Below, piece by piece: positions 37,953 to 48,438 of a stretch of DNA of 64,000 nt. The position numbers and the translations under genes are program-made. Numbering within the stretch: the stretch's first letter is position 1; every line of letters begins with the position of its first letter. The notes beneath the pieces are model-generated. The model saw only the letters and a list, made by a program, of their open reading frames with translations, had not been told where the DNA came from and ran no database searches. Origin of the DNA: Desulfobacteraceae bacterium (lineage in GTDB: Bacteria > Desulfobacterota > Desulfobacteria > Desulfobacterales > Desulfobacteraceae); contig JADGFI010000013.1 in NCBI GenBank assembly GCA_016743945.1, positions 31,739 to 95,738 on the forward strand, read 5' to 3'.

Positions 37953-38857
37953 GGAATGGCTCCCTTAAATACGTCAAATTCTGATTGAGAAATACCACAA
38001 ACACCCAAAGGACGCTGTGTTGCATCATGGCAATCCGACCCGCCGGTCATAAAAAGGGTGTGTTTTCTTGCCCAGGATTTAAGGAGGTGCTGATGTTCTT
38101 GGGTATGCCCGGGATAATATACCTCAAGCCCCTTTATACCGGCTTGGATAAACTCGGGCAAAATTTGTTCAACCACATCAATGGGGGGCAGCACCTCTTT
38201 ATAGTGCCCTTCCCCGGGAAAGGAACCTGCGGCAGGATGTGCCAGAACCGCCACAACCGGAAGGGTTTGGATAATGGCAGCTCCCTGGGAGAGCTCTATG
38301 CCCGAGGGAAGGTAGGCTGGGCTTTTGTTGCCGATCACCTGATTAATAATTTCCTTGTCCCCAAGGCCCAGTTTTTCTGCCAGGGCTAATGCAAAATGCC
38401 GCCGGGTGGCATTTGCGCTGTAGTCGGCAATATCCTGGAAAAGAAGATCCCGTTTCAACAGCGGAGACTCCCCTTTTGGGCCGAACACCCGGTTAATCTG
38501 GGCCACCCGATCCCTGACCAACCCTTCCCCCCTGCCCTGGGCCAGGATGGATTCAAACTCATGGACAAAGCTGTCATCTGCCAGCCTCGCCCGGGAAAAA
38601 TAGCAGAGCAGGTGAAGGGTTCCCGTAAAAAAAGGGCGTTTAAACCGGATGGAGACCTCCACACCGGGGATTATCTCAATTTGGCTGTCAGCGCCTGCCC
38701 TAATGGCTTTTGCAAGGCCCTTAAGGGTATCATGGTCTGTGATGCCCAGAGCCTTTAACCCCAGTTCCTTGGCCCGTTTTACCAATTTTTCCGGTGAAAA
38801 ATCACCGTCCGAAGCGGTGGTATGATTGTGTAAATCCGCAATTATTTTTGAACCCAT
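37949..38857 (-). CDS. PHP-domain metal-dependent phosphoesterase
   Basis: DLHNHTTASDG, GITDHDT, AHP and GGSDCH motifs. Confidence 0.8.
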   Translation of the reverse strand: MGSKIIADLHNHTTASDGDFSPEKLVKRAKELGLKALGITDHDTLKGLAKAIRAGADSQIEIIPGVEVSIRFKRPFFTGTLHLLCYFSRARLADDSFVHEFESILAQGRGEGLVRDRVAQINRVFGPKGESPLLKRDLLFQDIADYSANATRRHFALALAEKLGLGDKEIINQVIGNKSPAYLPSGIELSQGAAIIQTLPVVAVLAHPAAGSFPGEGHYKEVLPPIDVVEQILPEFIQAGIKGLEVYYPGHTQEHQHLLKSWARKHTLFMTGGSDCHDATQRPLGVCGISQSEFDVFKGAIP

Positions 38858-39080
38858 GGGTAACGTTCTCCTCCCCGGCCTGAAATTTATTTTTGCATAC
38901 GCCTGTTTTTATACAGCTTCTCCATATAAAAAGAAAAAGGTTTTTTCTTTTCTTTTTTTTAAAGATATCATTTGATTTTTGGTCATTAAGTGATAGAAGG
39001 AAAAAACTCTTTTTTTTTTGAAAATCAATTGAAAAGTAACATTTAAAAATAACAATCCATCAAATAATACGGATAATGAC

Positions 39081-41030
39081 ATGGATAATGACATGGATAT
39101 TTTGAACACGCTTGGAAAAATAAAATCACCGGAAGAAGCACTCACAATTTTTAAACAGAAAATGGATGATACCCATCTGGCCCGGATATCAAAAATCGAT
39201 CACCCGGAAATCCTCATACGGATTGCCAATGCCATTTTTCTTTGCAACCCGGACAGGGTGTTTATCAATACCGGTTCCCACAAAGATCAAACATTTATAA
39301 AAAAAATGGCCCTTGAAAAACATGAGGAAGCTCCCCTTGCCATGGCAAACCACACCATCCACTTTGATTTGGCGGGTGAACAGGGCAGGATTTTAGACAG
39401 GACCTTCTACATTGCCAACCCCGAAGACCATATTTCTTCCCTTGCCAACCGCATGGATCGAAAAAAAGCCCTGGATGATATTCAGGCAAGCCTGAAAAAT
39501 ATCATGGAAGGCATGACCATGATTGTGGGATTTTATATGCGGGGTCCTGTGGGGTCACCTGTTTCCAATCCCGCCCTTGAAATCACCAGTTCCGCCTATG
39601 TGAGCCATAGTGCCGAACTGCTTTACCGGAACTCCTATGATAATTTTCACAAGGAAGTAATCCGCCAGGGACATTTTTTCACCAACCTCCATTCCGAAGG
39701 GAAAAACAGAACCCAGGATCTGCCCGATGCCAGGGTTTTTATGGATAGAAAATTTCAGACCACCTATAGTTATAAATGTACCTATGCCGGAAACACCCTG
39801 CTCCTGAAAAAAGGAAATCATCGATTTGCCGTGGACAAGGCGGTCTACACAAACCGGGGAAAAGAGTTGTCCGAGCATATGTTTATCACCGGTATTCCCG
39901 GCCCCGGGAATCGGGTGACCTGGTGTGCCGGTGCCGCCCCCAGCGGATGCGGCAAGACCACAACCGCCATGGCCGGCAGCGTATTTGTCGGAGATGACCT
40001 GGCCCAGATGTGGATTGCCGGTGACGGCAGCATCCGGTCCATCAACCCGGAAAACGGAATCTTCGGGATTGTGGAGGATGTAAACCAGGAGGGTGACCCA
40101 TTGCTCATGAAGGTGTTAAGGAAAGAAGGACATGAAGTCATCTGGACCAACGTTCTCATAGATGAGAACAAGGTTCCCAACTGGGTAGGAAATAACGAGC
40201 CCTCCCCCGAGCGAGGCATTAATTTCCAGGGGGAATGGCAGAAAGGCAAAACAGATGAAAGCGGTACCCCTATTCCCATGTCCCATCCCAATTCCCGGTG
40301 CACACTTGCCTCCAGCTCCCTTGACAATTATTCCCCGGAAGCCCAAAATCCTGAAGGGGTTCTGACCCGGATTTTTACCTATTCCGGCAGAGATGCCAAC
40401 ACCATGCCCCCGGTCTGGGTGGCACAAAATTCCAACAACGGGGTGGTCATTGGCGCCTGTATTGTATCGGCTGCAACCGCCACGGAAGTGGGTGCCTCGG
40501 GGGTAAAACGAGCACCCTGGGCAAATGCCCCTTTTATTCCAGGAGCCCTGGGGGATTACATGGATGCCCAATTCAAATTTTTCGGAAACCCCGCCATCCA
40601 GGAAGCACATAGACCAGTCATGGCCGGGCTCAATTATTTTCTTACGGAACGATCCCGGGGCGGCACAACCAACAAACTTTTGGGTGAAAAAAAGGATGTC
40701 AAGGTCTGGCTTGCCTGGCTTGAACGGTATGCCCATAATGAGATAGAATTCTTAAGCACCCCCATCGGGAATCTGCCAAGATACAAAGATTTACAAAAAT
40801 TGTTTAAAGAAATTATTAACAAGGAATACCCGCGGTCTCTTTATGACAAACAATTTTCCCTCTATTGCGACAATATTATCAACCGTATCGAACTGCAGGA
40901 AACTGCCTATGCCAAAGAAGAGGGAATTCCCCGGGAATTGTTTGATATTCTGGCCTCTCAAAAGCAGGCTTTGCTCGAATTAAAAGACCAAAAGGGAGCC
41001 ATTGTAACCCCGGATAATCTGCCGGGTTAA
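39081..41030 (+). CDS. pckG: Phosphoenolpyruvate carboxykinase (GTP-type family)
   Basis: About 640 aa. P-loop-like WCAGAAPSGCGKTTTAMAG, and overall collinearity with GTP-PEPCK (NSRCT, FGNP). The start is ambiguous (ATG 39081 or 39093) because of a 12-bp duplication. Confidence 0.75.
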   Translation: MDNDMDILNTLGKIKSPEEALTIFKQKMDDTHLARISKIDHPEILIRIANAIFLCNPDRVFINTGSHKDQTFIKKMALEKHEEAPLAMANHTIHFDLAGEQGRILDRTFYIANPEDHISSLANRMDRKKALDDIQASLKNIMEGMTMIVGFYMRGPVGSPVSNPALEITSSAYVSHSAELLYRNSYDNFHKEVIRQGHFFTNLHSEGKNRTQDLPDARVFMDRKFQTTYSYKCTYAGNTLLLKKGNHRFAVDKAVYTNRGKELSEHMFITGIPGPGNRVTWCAGAAPSGCGKTTTAMAGSVFVGDDLAQMWIAGDGSIRSINPENGIFGIVEDVNQEGDPLLMKVLRKEGHEVIWTNVLIDENKVPNWVGNNEPSPERGINFQGEWQKGKTDESGTPIPMSHPNSRCTLASSSLDNYSPEAQNPEGVLTRIFTYSGRDANTMPPVWVAQNSNNGVVIGACIVSAATATEVGASGVKRAPWANAPFIPGALGDYMDAQFKFFGNPAIQEAHRPVMAGLNYFLTERSRGGTTNKLLGEKKDVKVWLAWLERYAHNEIEFLSTPIGNLPRYKDLQKLFKEIINKEYPRSLYDKQFSLYCDNIINRIELQETAYAKEEGIPRELFDILASQKQALLELKDQKGAIVTPDNLPG

Positions 41031-41070
41031 CGGCAAAAAAAGGCGGTTTCACATCAGCGAGGGAGGCACC

Positions 41071-42378
41071 ATGGGTCAAAAAAAGCAGGGGGACCAAGGG
41101 AACCAGGGAAATCGGATAAGCAAGGTAGACATGTACCATGTAAGAATCCCCCTTGACCACCCCTTTTATCCCAGCTGGATCCCCGGATATCCTGCCACGG
41201 ACAACCGGTTTGATCTGATCCGCATCACAACCCAGGATGGAATTGAAGGATATAGTGCCGGCCCTGCCATTGCCTCGGAAAGACAAGGACTTGGCAATCT
41301 GATTGCCCCCTATCTTCTGGGCCATGATGCCACCAATATTGACCTCATGCTCCAACGCCTCCGGGAAGTTTCCTACCTGGGGGTCCGGGCCAACTGGATT
41401 GAACCGGCTTTCTGGGATATCAAGGGGAAACTTGCCAACAAGCCGGTGTATGAACTTTTGGGCGGCCGAAGGGAACCGATTGAACTCTATGCCTCCACAG
41501 GGGAAATCAAGGATGTTGATTCCAGGATCTTTGAAGCTAGGGCACGCCTGGCCGAAGGGTTTAAAACCATCAAAATCCGGGTCCATGCCTTTGATGTCCA
41601 GACCGACATCGAACATGTGAGGGCTGTTGTGGATGCGGTGGGGGACAAAATGGCCATTGGGGTGGATGCCAATCAAGCATGGCGGGTGACCATCGTCAAT
41701 GATGCCCCCTTATGGGACCTTGACCGGGCCAAATATTTTGCCGATGCCTGTGCAGAGATGAAGATTGCCTGGCTGGAAGAACCGCTTCCCATGGATGATT
41801 ATGACACGCTTTGTGCCCTGACCCGCTACAGCCGGGTCCCTATTACCGGCGGAGAAATCCACACCAACGGCAAGGCGGAACTTAAAATGATGGTGGAAAA
41901 AAAATGTTATGATATTTTCCAGCCCGATGCCATCATGACCGGCGGCATTGCCCATACCCTTGAAGTGGCGGCCCATTGCAAGCGCTTTGGGCTAAAATTC
42001 ACCCCACACACCTGGACCAACGGGGTTGGGTTTGCCGTGAACCTCCAGGTGCTTCTCGCCAGCGGGTTCAATGGGATAAAGCCCTTGGAATATCCCATCA
42101 ATCCTCCCTCCTGGACCGTTCAAAAAAGAGACGGTATTCTGAAAAAACCGTTCCTGCATGAAAACGGGATCTTAAATCCCACCTTTGATCCAGGGTTGGG
42201 GTTTGACATAGACCGTGACAAACTCAAACGCTATGGCAATAAATTTTTCAGCATGAACAAAAGAAAACTCATGTTCTATACCATACGGGACAAGGGCCTT
42301 TTGACAGCCCTTCGGCTGAACTCAAACAAGAAAAAATACGGGGTGGATGCCAAGGTCAAAAAGACCGTCAATCAATAA
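41071..42378 (+). CDS. Enolase-superfamily enzyme (mandelate racemase/muconate lactonizing enzyme family, sugar-acid dehydratase-like)
   Basis: KIKIRVH, GVDANQAW, WLEEPLP, GGE and FQPD motifs. GAGGGAGG lies upstream of the ATG. Confidence 0.8.
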   Translation: MGQKKQGDQGNQGNRISKVDMYHVRIPLDHPFYPSWIPGYPATDNRFDLIRITTQDGIEGYSAGPAIASERQGLGNLIAPYLLGHDATNIDLMLQRLREVSYLGVRANWIEPAFWDIKGKLANKPVYELLGGRREPIELYASTGEIKDVDSRIFEARARLAEGFKTIKIRVHAFDVQTDIEHVRAVVDAVGDKMAIGVDANQAWRVTIVNDAPLWDLDRAKYFADACAEMKIAWLEEPLPMDDYDTLCALTRYSRVPITGGEIHTNGKAELKMMVEKKCYDIFQPDAIMTGGIAHTLEVAAHCKRFGLKFTPHTWTNGVGFAVNLQVLLASGFNGIKPLEYPINPPSWTVQKRDGILKKPFLHENGILNPTFDPGLGFDIDRDKLKRYGNKFFSMNKRKLMFYTIRDKGLLTALRLNSNKKKYGVDAKVKKTVNQ

Positions 42379-43102
42379 TCGCCAGAAGCGCCACTTCAAA
42401 AATAAGGGTTTGCCCGGGTTTGATGGATTCCCCGGCCCCCTGGTCGCCATAGGCAAGATCAGAAGGGACATACAGCTCCCACCGGGATCCTGTGGGCATG
42501 AGCTGTAACGCTTCACTCCACCCTTTGATGACACCGCTCACCTGAAAAACCGCCGGTTTACCCCGAAGATAAGAGGAATCAAAAACCGTCCCGTCCAGAA
42601 GTGTGCCACGGTAATTACATTCCACGGTATCGTCGGGACCGGGTATGGCGCCCTCCCCTTTTTCTATAATCTTATATTGAAGGCCCGAAGACAGGGTGAC
42701 CACTCCCTCCTTTAGCTTGTTGCCTTCAAGAAAGATTGCCCCTTCTGCCCGACTGGCTTGAGCCGCCTTTTCCATCTTTTCGGTCTGTTTTTGCCGGGCA
42801 ATCCGCTGGTAGGCCAGAAGCATCTGGCGAAGCTGCTCTTTTTCCATCTTGGGTTCACCTGCACGGTTGTCGTTTACCCCCTTTATAAAGGATTCCAGAT
42901 CAAGTTCCATGTAGCGGTTCACATTCTCAAATATGTCATACCCCAGTGCATAGGAAATCTGACGGGCCAAATCTGCTGATTCCATGACCGTAATCTCTCG
43001 TGTTTCCTTTTTCTGCACAGCCGTATTTTTTTCCCCGGCAATAACGAGTGTACTAAAAAAAAGTATCCCCACAAGCCCTGCCAGTATCATTGCTCTTTTC
43101 AT
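42368..43102 (-). CDS. FKBP-type peptidyl-prolyl cis-trans isomerase (FkpA-like, secreted)
   Basis: A signal peptide and an N-terminal dimerisation helix. The FKBP core reads YRGTLLDGTVFDSS...FQVSGVIKGWSEALQLMPTGSRWELYVPSDLAYG. Confidence 0.85.
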   Translation of the reverse strand: MKRAMILAGLVGILFFSTLVIAGEKNTAVQKKETREITVMESADLARQISYALGYDIFENVNRYMELDLESFIKGVNDNRAGEPKMEKEQLRQMLLAYQRIARQKQTEKMEKAAQASRAEGAIFLEGNKLKEGVVTLSSGLQYKIIEKGEGAIPGPDDTVECNYRGTLLDGTVFDSSYLRGKPAVFQVSGVIKGWSEALQLMPTGSRWELYVPSDLAYGDQGAGESIKPGQTLIFEVALLAIID

Positions 43103-43407
43103 TCTTGTTCTCCTTAATCCTCAATCCTGCATAATTTTCAGGTACAAATTTCATCGTGAAAACGGTAGCAAAATTGGAACCGCTTTACAATATTTAACTT
43201 CCCATATCCAAGGCTAAAAATCATCCCCTCTGCCTGAAAAAAAGATACATGAACAAATGCTTCTTTTCTCCTTGATTTTATAGACTAATCTGATTAAGAT
43301 TAGATTTTTTTGGATAATAGTTCATTTTTTTAAATGCCATACAATGTAACCTAATACTATTACAGCACTAGGCTCTTTCATATGGATTTATAGAACAGGA
43401 GGAAGGA

Positions 43408-44241
43408 ATGGCAAAAATTGTATATCGTGAGGAAATGGCCCAAGGGACCATCATTCTCAACGAGATAGAAGCACCGCGAATATCCCGCAAAGCCAAGCCC
43501 GGCCAGTTTGTGATACTCCAGGCAAAAGAAACCGGGGAGCGGATCCCTTTAACCATGGCAGATACAAACCCTGAAAAAGGAACCATTACCATCATCTATA
43601 TGGTGGTCGGCAAATCCACGGCCGTGTTCAAGGAGCTGCAGGTGGGAGATGAATATTATGCCCTCATCGGCCCATTGGGGGCCCCCACCCATGTTGAAAA
43701 TGTGGGGAAAGTTGTCTGTGTGGGCGGCGGCACCGGCATTGCCGTGCTCCATCCCATCACCCGGGCCCTGAAGGACGCCGGCAATGAGGTCACCACCATC
43801 CTGGGCTCTAGAAACTATGATCTTCTCATCATGGAAGAAAAAATGAGAGCCGCCTCGGACCACTTCCACATCTGCACCGATGACGGCTCCAAGGGGCACC
43901 ACGGATTTGTCACCGATGTATTAAAAGAAACCCTTGCAAAAGACGATATTGCCATGGTAGTTGCCATCGGCCCCATTCCCATGATGAAATTTTGCAGCCT
44001 GATCACCAAGGAAGCGGGGGTCAAAACCCTTGTGAGCCTCAACCCCATCATGGTGGATGGCACCGGCATGTGCGGCTGCTGCCGGGTAACCGTCGGGGGA
44101 GAAACCAAATTTGCCTGTGTTGATGGACCGGAATTTGACGCCCACAAGGTGGATTTTGATGAACTGGCCAAACGTCTGGCTTCCTACCTGGATGATGAAC
44201 GAGCAAGCATGGATGCCCACAACAATTGCAAAGTACAATAA
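43408..44241 (+). CDS. nfnA: NfnA/SudB/PyrK-like FAD and [2Fe-2S] subunit of an NADH-dependent ferredoxin:NADP oxidoreductase
   Basis: FNR-like fold (GQFVILQ, GGGTGIA) and a C-terminal cluster GTGMCGCCRV...C. Confidence 0.8.
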   Translation: MAKIVYREEMAQGTIILNEIEAPRISRKAKPGQFVILQAKETGERIPLTMADTNPEKGTITIIYMVVGKSTAVFKELQVGDEYYALIGPLGAPTHVENVGKVVCVGGGTGIAVLHPITRALKDAGNEVTTILGSRNYDLLIMEEKMRAASDHFHICTDDGSKGHHGFVTDVLKETLAKDDIAMVVAIGPIPMMKFCSLITKEAGVKTLVSLNPIMVDGTGMCGCCRVTVGGETKFACVDGPEFDAHKVDFDELAKRLASYLDDERASMDAHNNCKVQ

Positions 44242-44276
44242 AAGCACCGGAGACGGTTGTATATAGGGAGGAATAA

Positions 44277-45689
44277 ATGTCAGAGAAAAAACCAAAGAAA
44301 GAAGTGGTCCCCCGGGCAAAAATGCCCGAACAGGACCCTGATGTCCGGCGCAGAAATTTTATAGAGGTCCCCCTGGGACTCACCCCTGAGATGGCCATTG
44401 CTGAAGCCAAACGCTGCCTTCAATGTAAAAAACCAGCCTGTGTTGACGGGTGCCCGGTATCCGTTAGTATACCCGAGTTTATCAAATTAATTGCTGACGG
44501 TAATTTTTCCGGTGCCGCCAATAAATTATGGGAACGTAACGCTCTGCCCGCTGTTTGCGGCCGGGTCTGCCCCCAGGAAGAACAATGCGAAGGCCGCTGC
44601 ATCCTGGGCAAAAAAGGCCAGCCCGTAGCCATTGGATATCTTGAAAGATTTGCCGCCGATTATGAACGGAAAAACGGAGTCGGGACTGTCCCTGATGTGA
44701 TGGAAAAAACCGGCAAAAGAATAGCGGTCATCGGTTCCGGACCATCTGGTCTCACCGTTGCAGGCGACCTTCTGCTCAAGGGCCATGAGGTTACTATTTT
44801 TGAAGCATTCCACAAACCCGGCGGCGTTCTGGTTTATGGAATCCCAGAATTTCGGCTGCCCAAGGAAATTGTGGCATCGGAAGTGGCCACCCTGGAAAAA
44901 ATGGGTGCCGATATCCAGTGCAATACCGTTGTCGGGGCCTCGGTCACCATTGATGAATTATTTGAAGAAGGCTATGATGCAGCCTATATCGGTGTGGGGG
45001 CTGGCCTGCCAAGGTTCATGAATCTGCCCGGTGAAAACCTGATTGGTATTTACTCTGCCAACGAATATTTAACCCGGACCAACCTGATGAAGGGGTATCT
45101 TTTCCCCGAATATGACACCCCCATTGCCCGGGGCAAGAATGTCGTAGTTCTAGGCGCTGGAAATGTGGCCATGGATTCGGCCAGAACCGCCATGCGCCTG
45201 GGCGCAAACTCGGTCAAAATAGTTTATAGACGCTCCAGAGATGAAATGCCGGCCAGGGAAGAAGAACTCCACCATGCAGAACAGGAACAAATTGAATTTG
45301 TTCTTCTGACCAATCCCACCCAATTTTTTGGAGACGAAAACGGTCGCCTCACGGGCATGGAATGCCTGAAAATGGAACTGGGAGAACCGGATGATTCCGG
45401 CAGAAGAAGGCCTGTTCCCATTGAAGGGTCTGAGTATAAATTCGACTGTGATCTGGTAGTGGTCTCAGTAGGGTCCAATGCCAACCCGCTTTTAACCAAC
45501 TCCACCCCGAATCTGAACCTGAACCGATGGGGCAATATTGAGGCGGATCCTCTTACCGGAAAAACCTCCAAACCAGGAGTCTGGGCAGGAGGTGATATTG
45601 TCACCGGGGCTGCCACGGTTATCCTTGCCATGGGGGCCGGGCGGGCTGTTGCCAACTCCATGCACGATTACCTGACCATAGGATGGTAA
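44277..45689 (+). CDS. nfnB: NfnB / glutamate synthase small-subunit-like NADPH oxidoreductase
   Basis: CLQCKKPACVDGCPV, CGRVCPQEEQCEGRC, GSGPSGLTVAGDL, GAGNVAMD and GGDIVTGAATV. Confidence 0.85.
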   Translation: MSEKKPKKEVVPRAKMPEQDPDVRRRNFIEVPLGLTPEMAIAEAKRCLQCKKPACVDGCPVSVSIPEFIKLIADGNFSGAANKLWERNALPAVCGRVCPQEEQCEGRCILGKKGQPVAIGYLERFAADYERKNGVGTVPDVMEKTGKRIAVIGSGPSGLTVAGDLLLKGHEVTIFEAFHKPGGVLVYGIPEFRLPKEIVASEVATLEKMGADIQCNTVVGASVTIDELFEEGYDAAYIGVGAGLPRFMNLPGENLIGIYSANEYLTRTNLMKGYLFPEYDTPIARGKNVVVLGAGNVAMDSARTAMRLGANSVKIVYRRSRDEMPAREEELHHAEQEQIEFVLLTNPTQFFGDENGRLTGMECLKMELGEPDDSGRRRPVPIEGSEYKFDCDLVVVSVGSNANPLLTNSTPNLNLNRWGNIEADPLTGKTSKPGVWAGGDIVTGAATVILAMGAGRAVANSMHDYLTIGW

Positions 45690-45714
45690 TCTAAAAAAAG
45701 TTTGGTAAAACACC

Positions 45715-45759
45715 AATGGGGGTAATGATATCTTTAGGATATCATTACCCCCATTTTTT
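45715..45759 (+). terminator. Rho-independent terminator after nfnB
   Basis: A 17-bp perfect stem ATGGGGGTAATGATATC / GATATCATTACCCCCAT with a 5-nt loop, followed by TTTTTT. Confidence 0.85.
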
Positions 45760-45791
45760 GTGGGGGGATAAGGGTTCATATGGATTCTTTT

Positions 45792-47051
45792 TCAGTGTGG
45801 ATCTTGATTTGACATCAGTGTTTTCTCTTTTCTTTTTGGGTCCAGTTCCTGGAAAAATGTTATGGAAAACCGGGTGCCTTTTCCCGGGGTTGAGGTCACA
45901 AAGATATTGCCATTGTGCTCTTTTATGATCCCATATACCACAGAAAGCCCTAATCCCACCCCTTTCCCTTTTTTCTTTGTGGTGAAAAAAGGTTCAAATA
46001 TCTTTGAAATAGTATCGTTGGGGATGCCGATGCCGGTATCACTGACCTGGATCACAACAAATTTTTCTTTTTGCCGGCTATAGGTTTTTAAGGTCAACCG
46101 TTTTTGCGACATCCCGGACATGCTTTCTGCGGCATTGGAGATCAGGTTCATGATGACCTGCTGGATCTGGTCTTGTGATCCGGTTATCAGGGGAAGATTG
46201 TGCTCAAATGCTTGGATTATCCTTATTTTATTAATTTTTAGCAGGTTGGCGTTGAGGATCAATGTCTGTTCAATCAGTTCATTGACATCAAATTTGATCA
46301 CCTCAATTTTGGACTGACGGGCAAAAACCAGAAGATTGCTGACAATCCGGCTTACCCGACGGGTTTCGGTTTCCATGAGATCCAGGTACCGAAGAAACAA
46401 GTCCAGTTCATCTTGCTGGATATCATCTTCCTTTAAGATTCTTTTGGACAGCATCACCAGGTTTAAAATTCCAGCCACCGGATTATTGATCTCATGAACC
46501 ATTGAAGAGGATAATTTGCCCAGAGACGCCATTTTATCCTGGTGCAGCAGCCTTTCATGAGTTTCTTTCAACTGGCGGGTGCGTTCTTCCACCATTTTAA
46601 CCAGATAATTTTGGGTCTGCTTTTCATCGGCTTTCCGTTTGGTGACATCCCGGCTGATTTCAATGAACTTGGAAATTTTTCCCTTGCGCTCCCATATGGG
46701 GAAAATACTCAATTCCGTATACCTGGGTTCGCCGTCGCTGCCAAGCCGGGTTAATTCCTCCTGGCAGTGGCGTTTTTCCCGGACCACTTTTTCCAAGGGG
46801 CATTTTGCATGGCAATTGCTGCTTTTCCGGGTTACCTCCTTAAACACCTCATAACATTTCCTGCCAACGACATCTTTTCGGGTATATTTCATATGCTTTA
46901 AAAAGGCATCGTTCACTTCCAGTATTTCGCGGTCAGGGGAGATAATCAGGATAAAATCTTGTATACCGTTAAGAATGGTTTCCATTTCGTTTTGTGGAAG
47001 GTTCACCGGCATCTCCTTTGGAAATGGGTAAGAAAGGTTAAATCGATTCAT
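45792..47051 (-). CDS. PAS-domain sensor histidine kinase (cytoplasmic)
   Basis: PAS domain with Cys residues (CYEVF...NCHAKCPLE), HisKA (SSMVHEINNPVAGI), N box and G boxes (DTGIGI, GKGVGLGLSVVYGI). Confidence 0.85.
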   Translation of the reverse strand: MNRFNLSYPFPKEMPVNLPQNEMETILNGIQDFILIISPDREILEVNDAFLKHMKYTRKDVVGRKCYEVFKEVTRKSSNCHAKCPLEKVVREKRHCQEELTRLGSDGEPRYTELSIFPIWERKGKISKFIEISRDVTKRKADEKQTQNYLVKMVEERTRQLKETHERLLHQDKMASLGKLSSSMVHEINNPVAGILNLVMLSKRILKEDDIQQDELDLFLRYLDLMETETRRVSRIVSNLLVFARQSKIEVIKFDVNELIEQTLILNANLLKINKIRIIQAFEHNLPLITGSQDQIQQVIMNLISNAAESMSGMSQKRLTLKTYSRQKEKFVVIQVSDTGIGIPNDTISKIFEPFFTTKKKGKGVGLGLSVVYGIIKEHNGNIFVTSTPGKGTRFSITFFQELDPKRKEKTLMSNQDPH

Positions 47052-47373
47052 TCATTTTTATCACAGGCCATGGGACAGGTGCAAGAAATTGTTCTTTAAA
47101 GATTCCCGACATGTATTAAAATACCAAGGAGGAGATGATACCCTAGGTTCGCTTGACTGTGGTAAATATAGAAACCCATGTCGTAAAATCCAACATACGG
47201 CTTCAGACAGAACCGCAGGCGGGCTTCAACTTTTTATCTTGTTTCTTTAAAAAAAGACTGTTGTAAAAAACGATAGTCCAGGATTTTTCTTCGGGAAATC
47301 TTAAGGGCTGCCGAAATTTTAAACGTCTTGGGGGAAAGGGTTGAGCCATTTTTTTTCCTTTCCGGATATACCC

Positions 47374-47389
47374 CGGTATCATTTTTGCT
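47374..47389 (+). promoter_or_regulatory. Sigma-54 (-24/-12) promoter upstream of the Cys-rich/GcvH-like gene pair
   Basis: cGGtatcatttTTGCt, with GG-N10-GC spacing and a full TTGCT -12 box. It lies 95 nt upstream of ATG 47484, which has AAAGGAGG 6 nt upstream. Confidence 0.6.
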
Positions 47390-47483
47390 CTGTTCAGTTC
47401 ACATAAAGGGGTCATAACAAGATCCCTGGAACAGGACTCAATTTTAAACCCGATCTTACGAAAGGCAACAAAGGAGGCAAAAG

Positions 47484-48410
47484 ATGCATAAAATGTTAAA
47501 AACCAGATCAACCCGACAAAATTATTCAAAGACCCAAAATCTGTGGCAGGACAAAGAAAGCACGATTGCCCGGCCCTGTTTATGGATGCAGGCAGGCGTG
47601 GTGACCAAAAAAAACTGCAGCCAGTATTATGACTGCACCCGGTGCAAGTATGATACGGCCATGGAAAAAATGGTGGCTGCCGGAAAACAGATTTCCTGGC
47701 GGACAGCCATGAGAAAAAAGGATGGCAAAGAAAGGACCTGCCGCCATGCCATGACGGGCAGGGCAGACTACCGGAACTGCCCCACAAATTATAATTGTTA
47801 CCGATGCGAGTTTGATCAATTATTTGAGGATACCCTGTCCCCCGGTTCCGGCCATGCCGGTGTGGAAATGGAAGATGTAAAGGGATTTAAGCTGGCCAAT
47901 GGTTATTATTTTCATTCCGGGCATACCTGGACCCGTATTGACAGCGGCGGCTTTATCCGGGTGGGGATGGATGATTTTGCCTTCAGGGTTCTGGGTGGAC
48001 CCGACGCCTTTGACCTTCCCTTGATCGGGCAACAATTAAATCAGAACAAGCCGGGCTGGGGTATAAAACGGGCGAATAATCTTGCCGATATTCTCTCGCC
48101 TGTCAACGGCGTGATAACCAATGTGAACTATTCGGTGAAAACCTCTCCGGATCTTCCCGTTAAAAGACCGTACCGGGACGGCTGGCTTTTTACAGTCCAT
48201 AATTGTGATATCAAGGGGGCACTAAAAAATCTTATGACCGATGATACGAGTGTTGACTGGCTGAACTGTGAAATTACCGCCCTGGAAGAAATGATCGAGG
48301 ATGTTGCAGGGACCTTGAGTGCAGACGGCGGGGTTTTAATGACCGATGTATATGGAAATCTCCCCGCCCTGGGTTGGCAAAATCTGACCCATACCTTTTT
48401 AAGAACCTGA
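47484..48410 (+). CDS. Protein with two C-x12-C-x5-C-x2-C modules plus a GcvH-like C-terminal domain (paralog 1)
   Basis: CLWMQAGVVTKKNCSQYYDCTRCKYD and CRHAMTGRADYRNCPTNYNCYRCEFD, followed by GYYFHSGHTWTRIDSGGFIRVGMDDFA...SPVNGVITNVN...PYRDGWLF. Confidence 0.7.
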   Translation: MHKMLKTRSTRQNYSKTQNLWQDKESTIARPCLWMQAGVVTKKNCSQYYDCTRCKYDTAMEKMVAAGKQISWRTAMRKKDGKERTCRHAMTGRADYRNCPTNYNCYRCEFDQLFEDTLSPGSGHAGVEMEDVKGFKLANGYYFHSGHTWTRIDSGGFIRVGMDDFAFRVLGGPDAFDLPLIGQQLNQNKPGWGIKRANNLADILSPVNGVITNVNYSVKTSPDLPVKRPYRDGWLFTVHNCDIKGALKNLMTDDTSVDWLNCEITALEEMIEDVAGTLSADGGVLMTDVYGNLPALGWQNLTHTFLRT

Positions 48411-48438
48411 CCATCATTCAAACAAAAAGGTGACCCAA

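Noticed and set aside
39071-39098. 12-bp direct duplication GGATAATGACAT x2 at the pckG start (gives MDNDMDIL)
   Set aside because: It only creates start-codon ambiguity (39081 versus 39093). There is no evidence of function.
40879-41676. 265-aa minus-strand ORF spanning the pckG 3' end and the enolase-superfamily gene
   Set aside because: It overlaps two well-supported plus-strand genes, has no motifs and has odd composition. It is a shadow ORF. The same reasoning applies to 29849..30676, 9195..9824, 12624..13217, 22208..22891 and 26681..27265.
43285-43311. Hairpin CTAATCT-GATTA-AGATTAG followed by a T-run upstream of nfnA
   Set aside because: The stem is a 7-bp AT-rich stem, and no upstream plus-strand gene needs terminating. 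It could be an operator, but nothing supports a specific call.
47203-47787. 194-aa minus-strand ORF across the 47.05-47.48 kb intergenic region
   Set aside because: Its composition is Cys/Phe/Ser/Pro-rich. It overlaps the sigma-54 promoter and the 5' end of the well-supported plus-strand gene, and it has no RBS.
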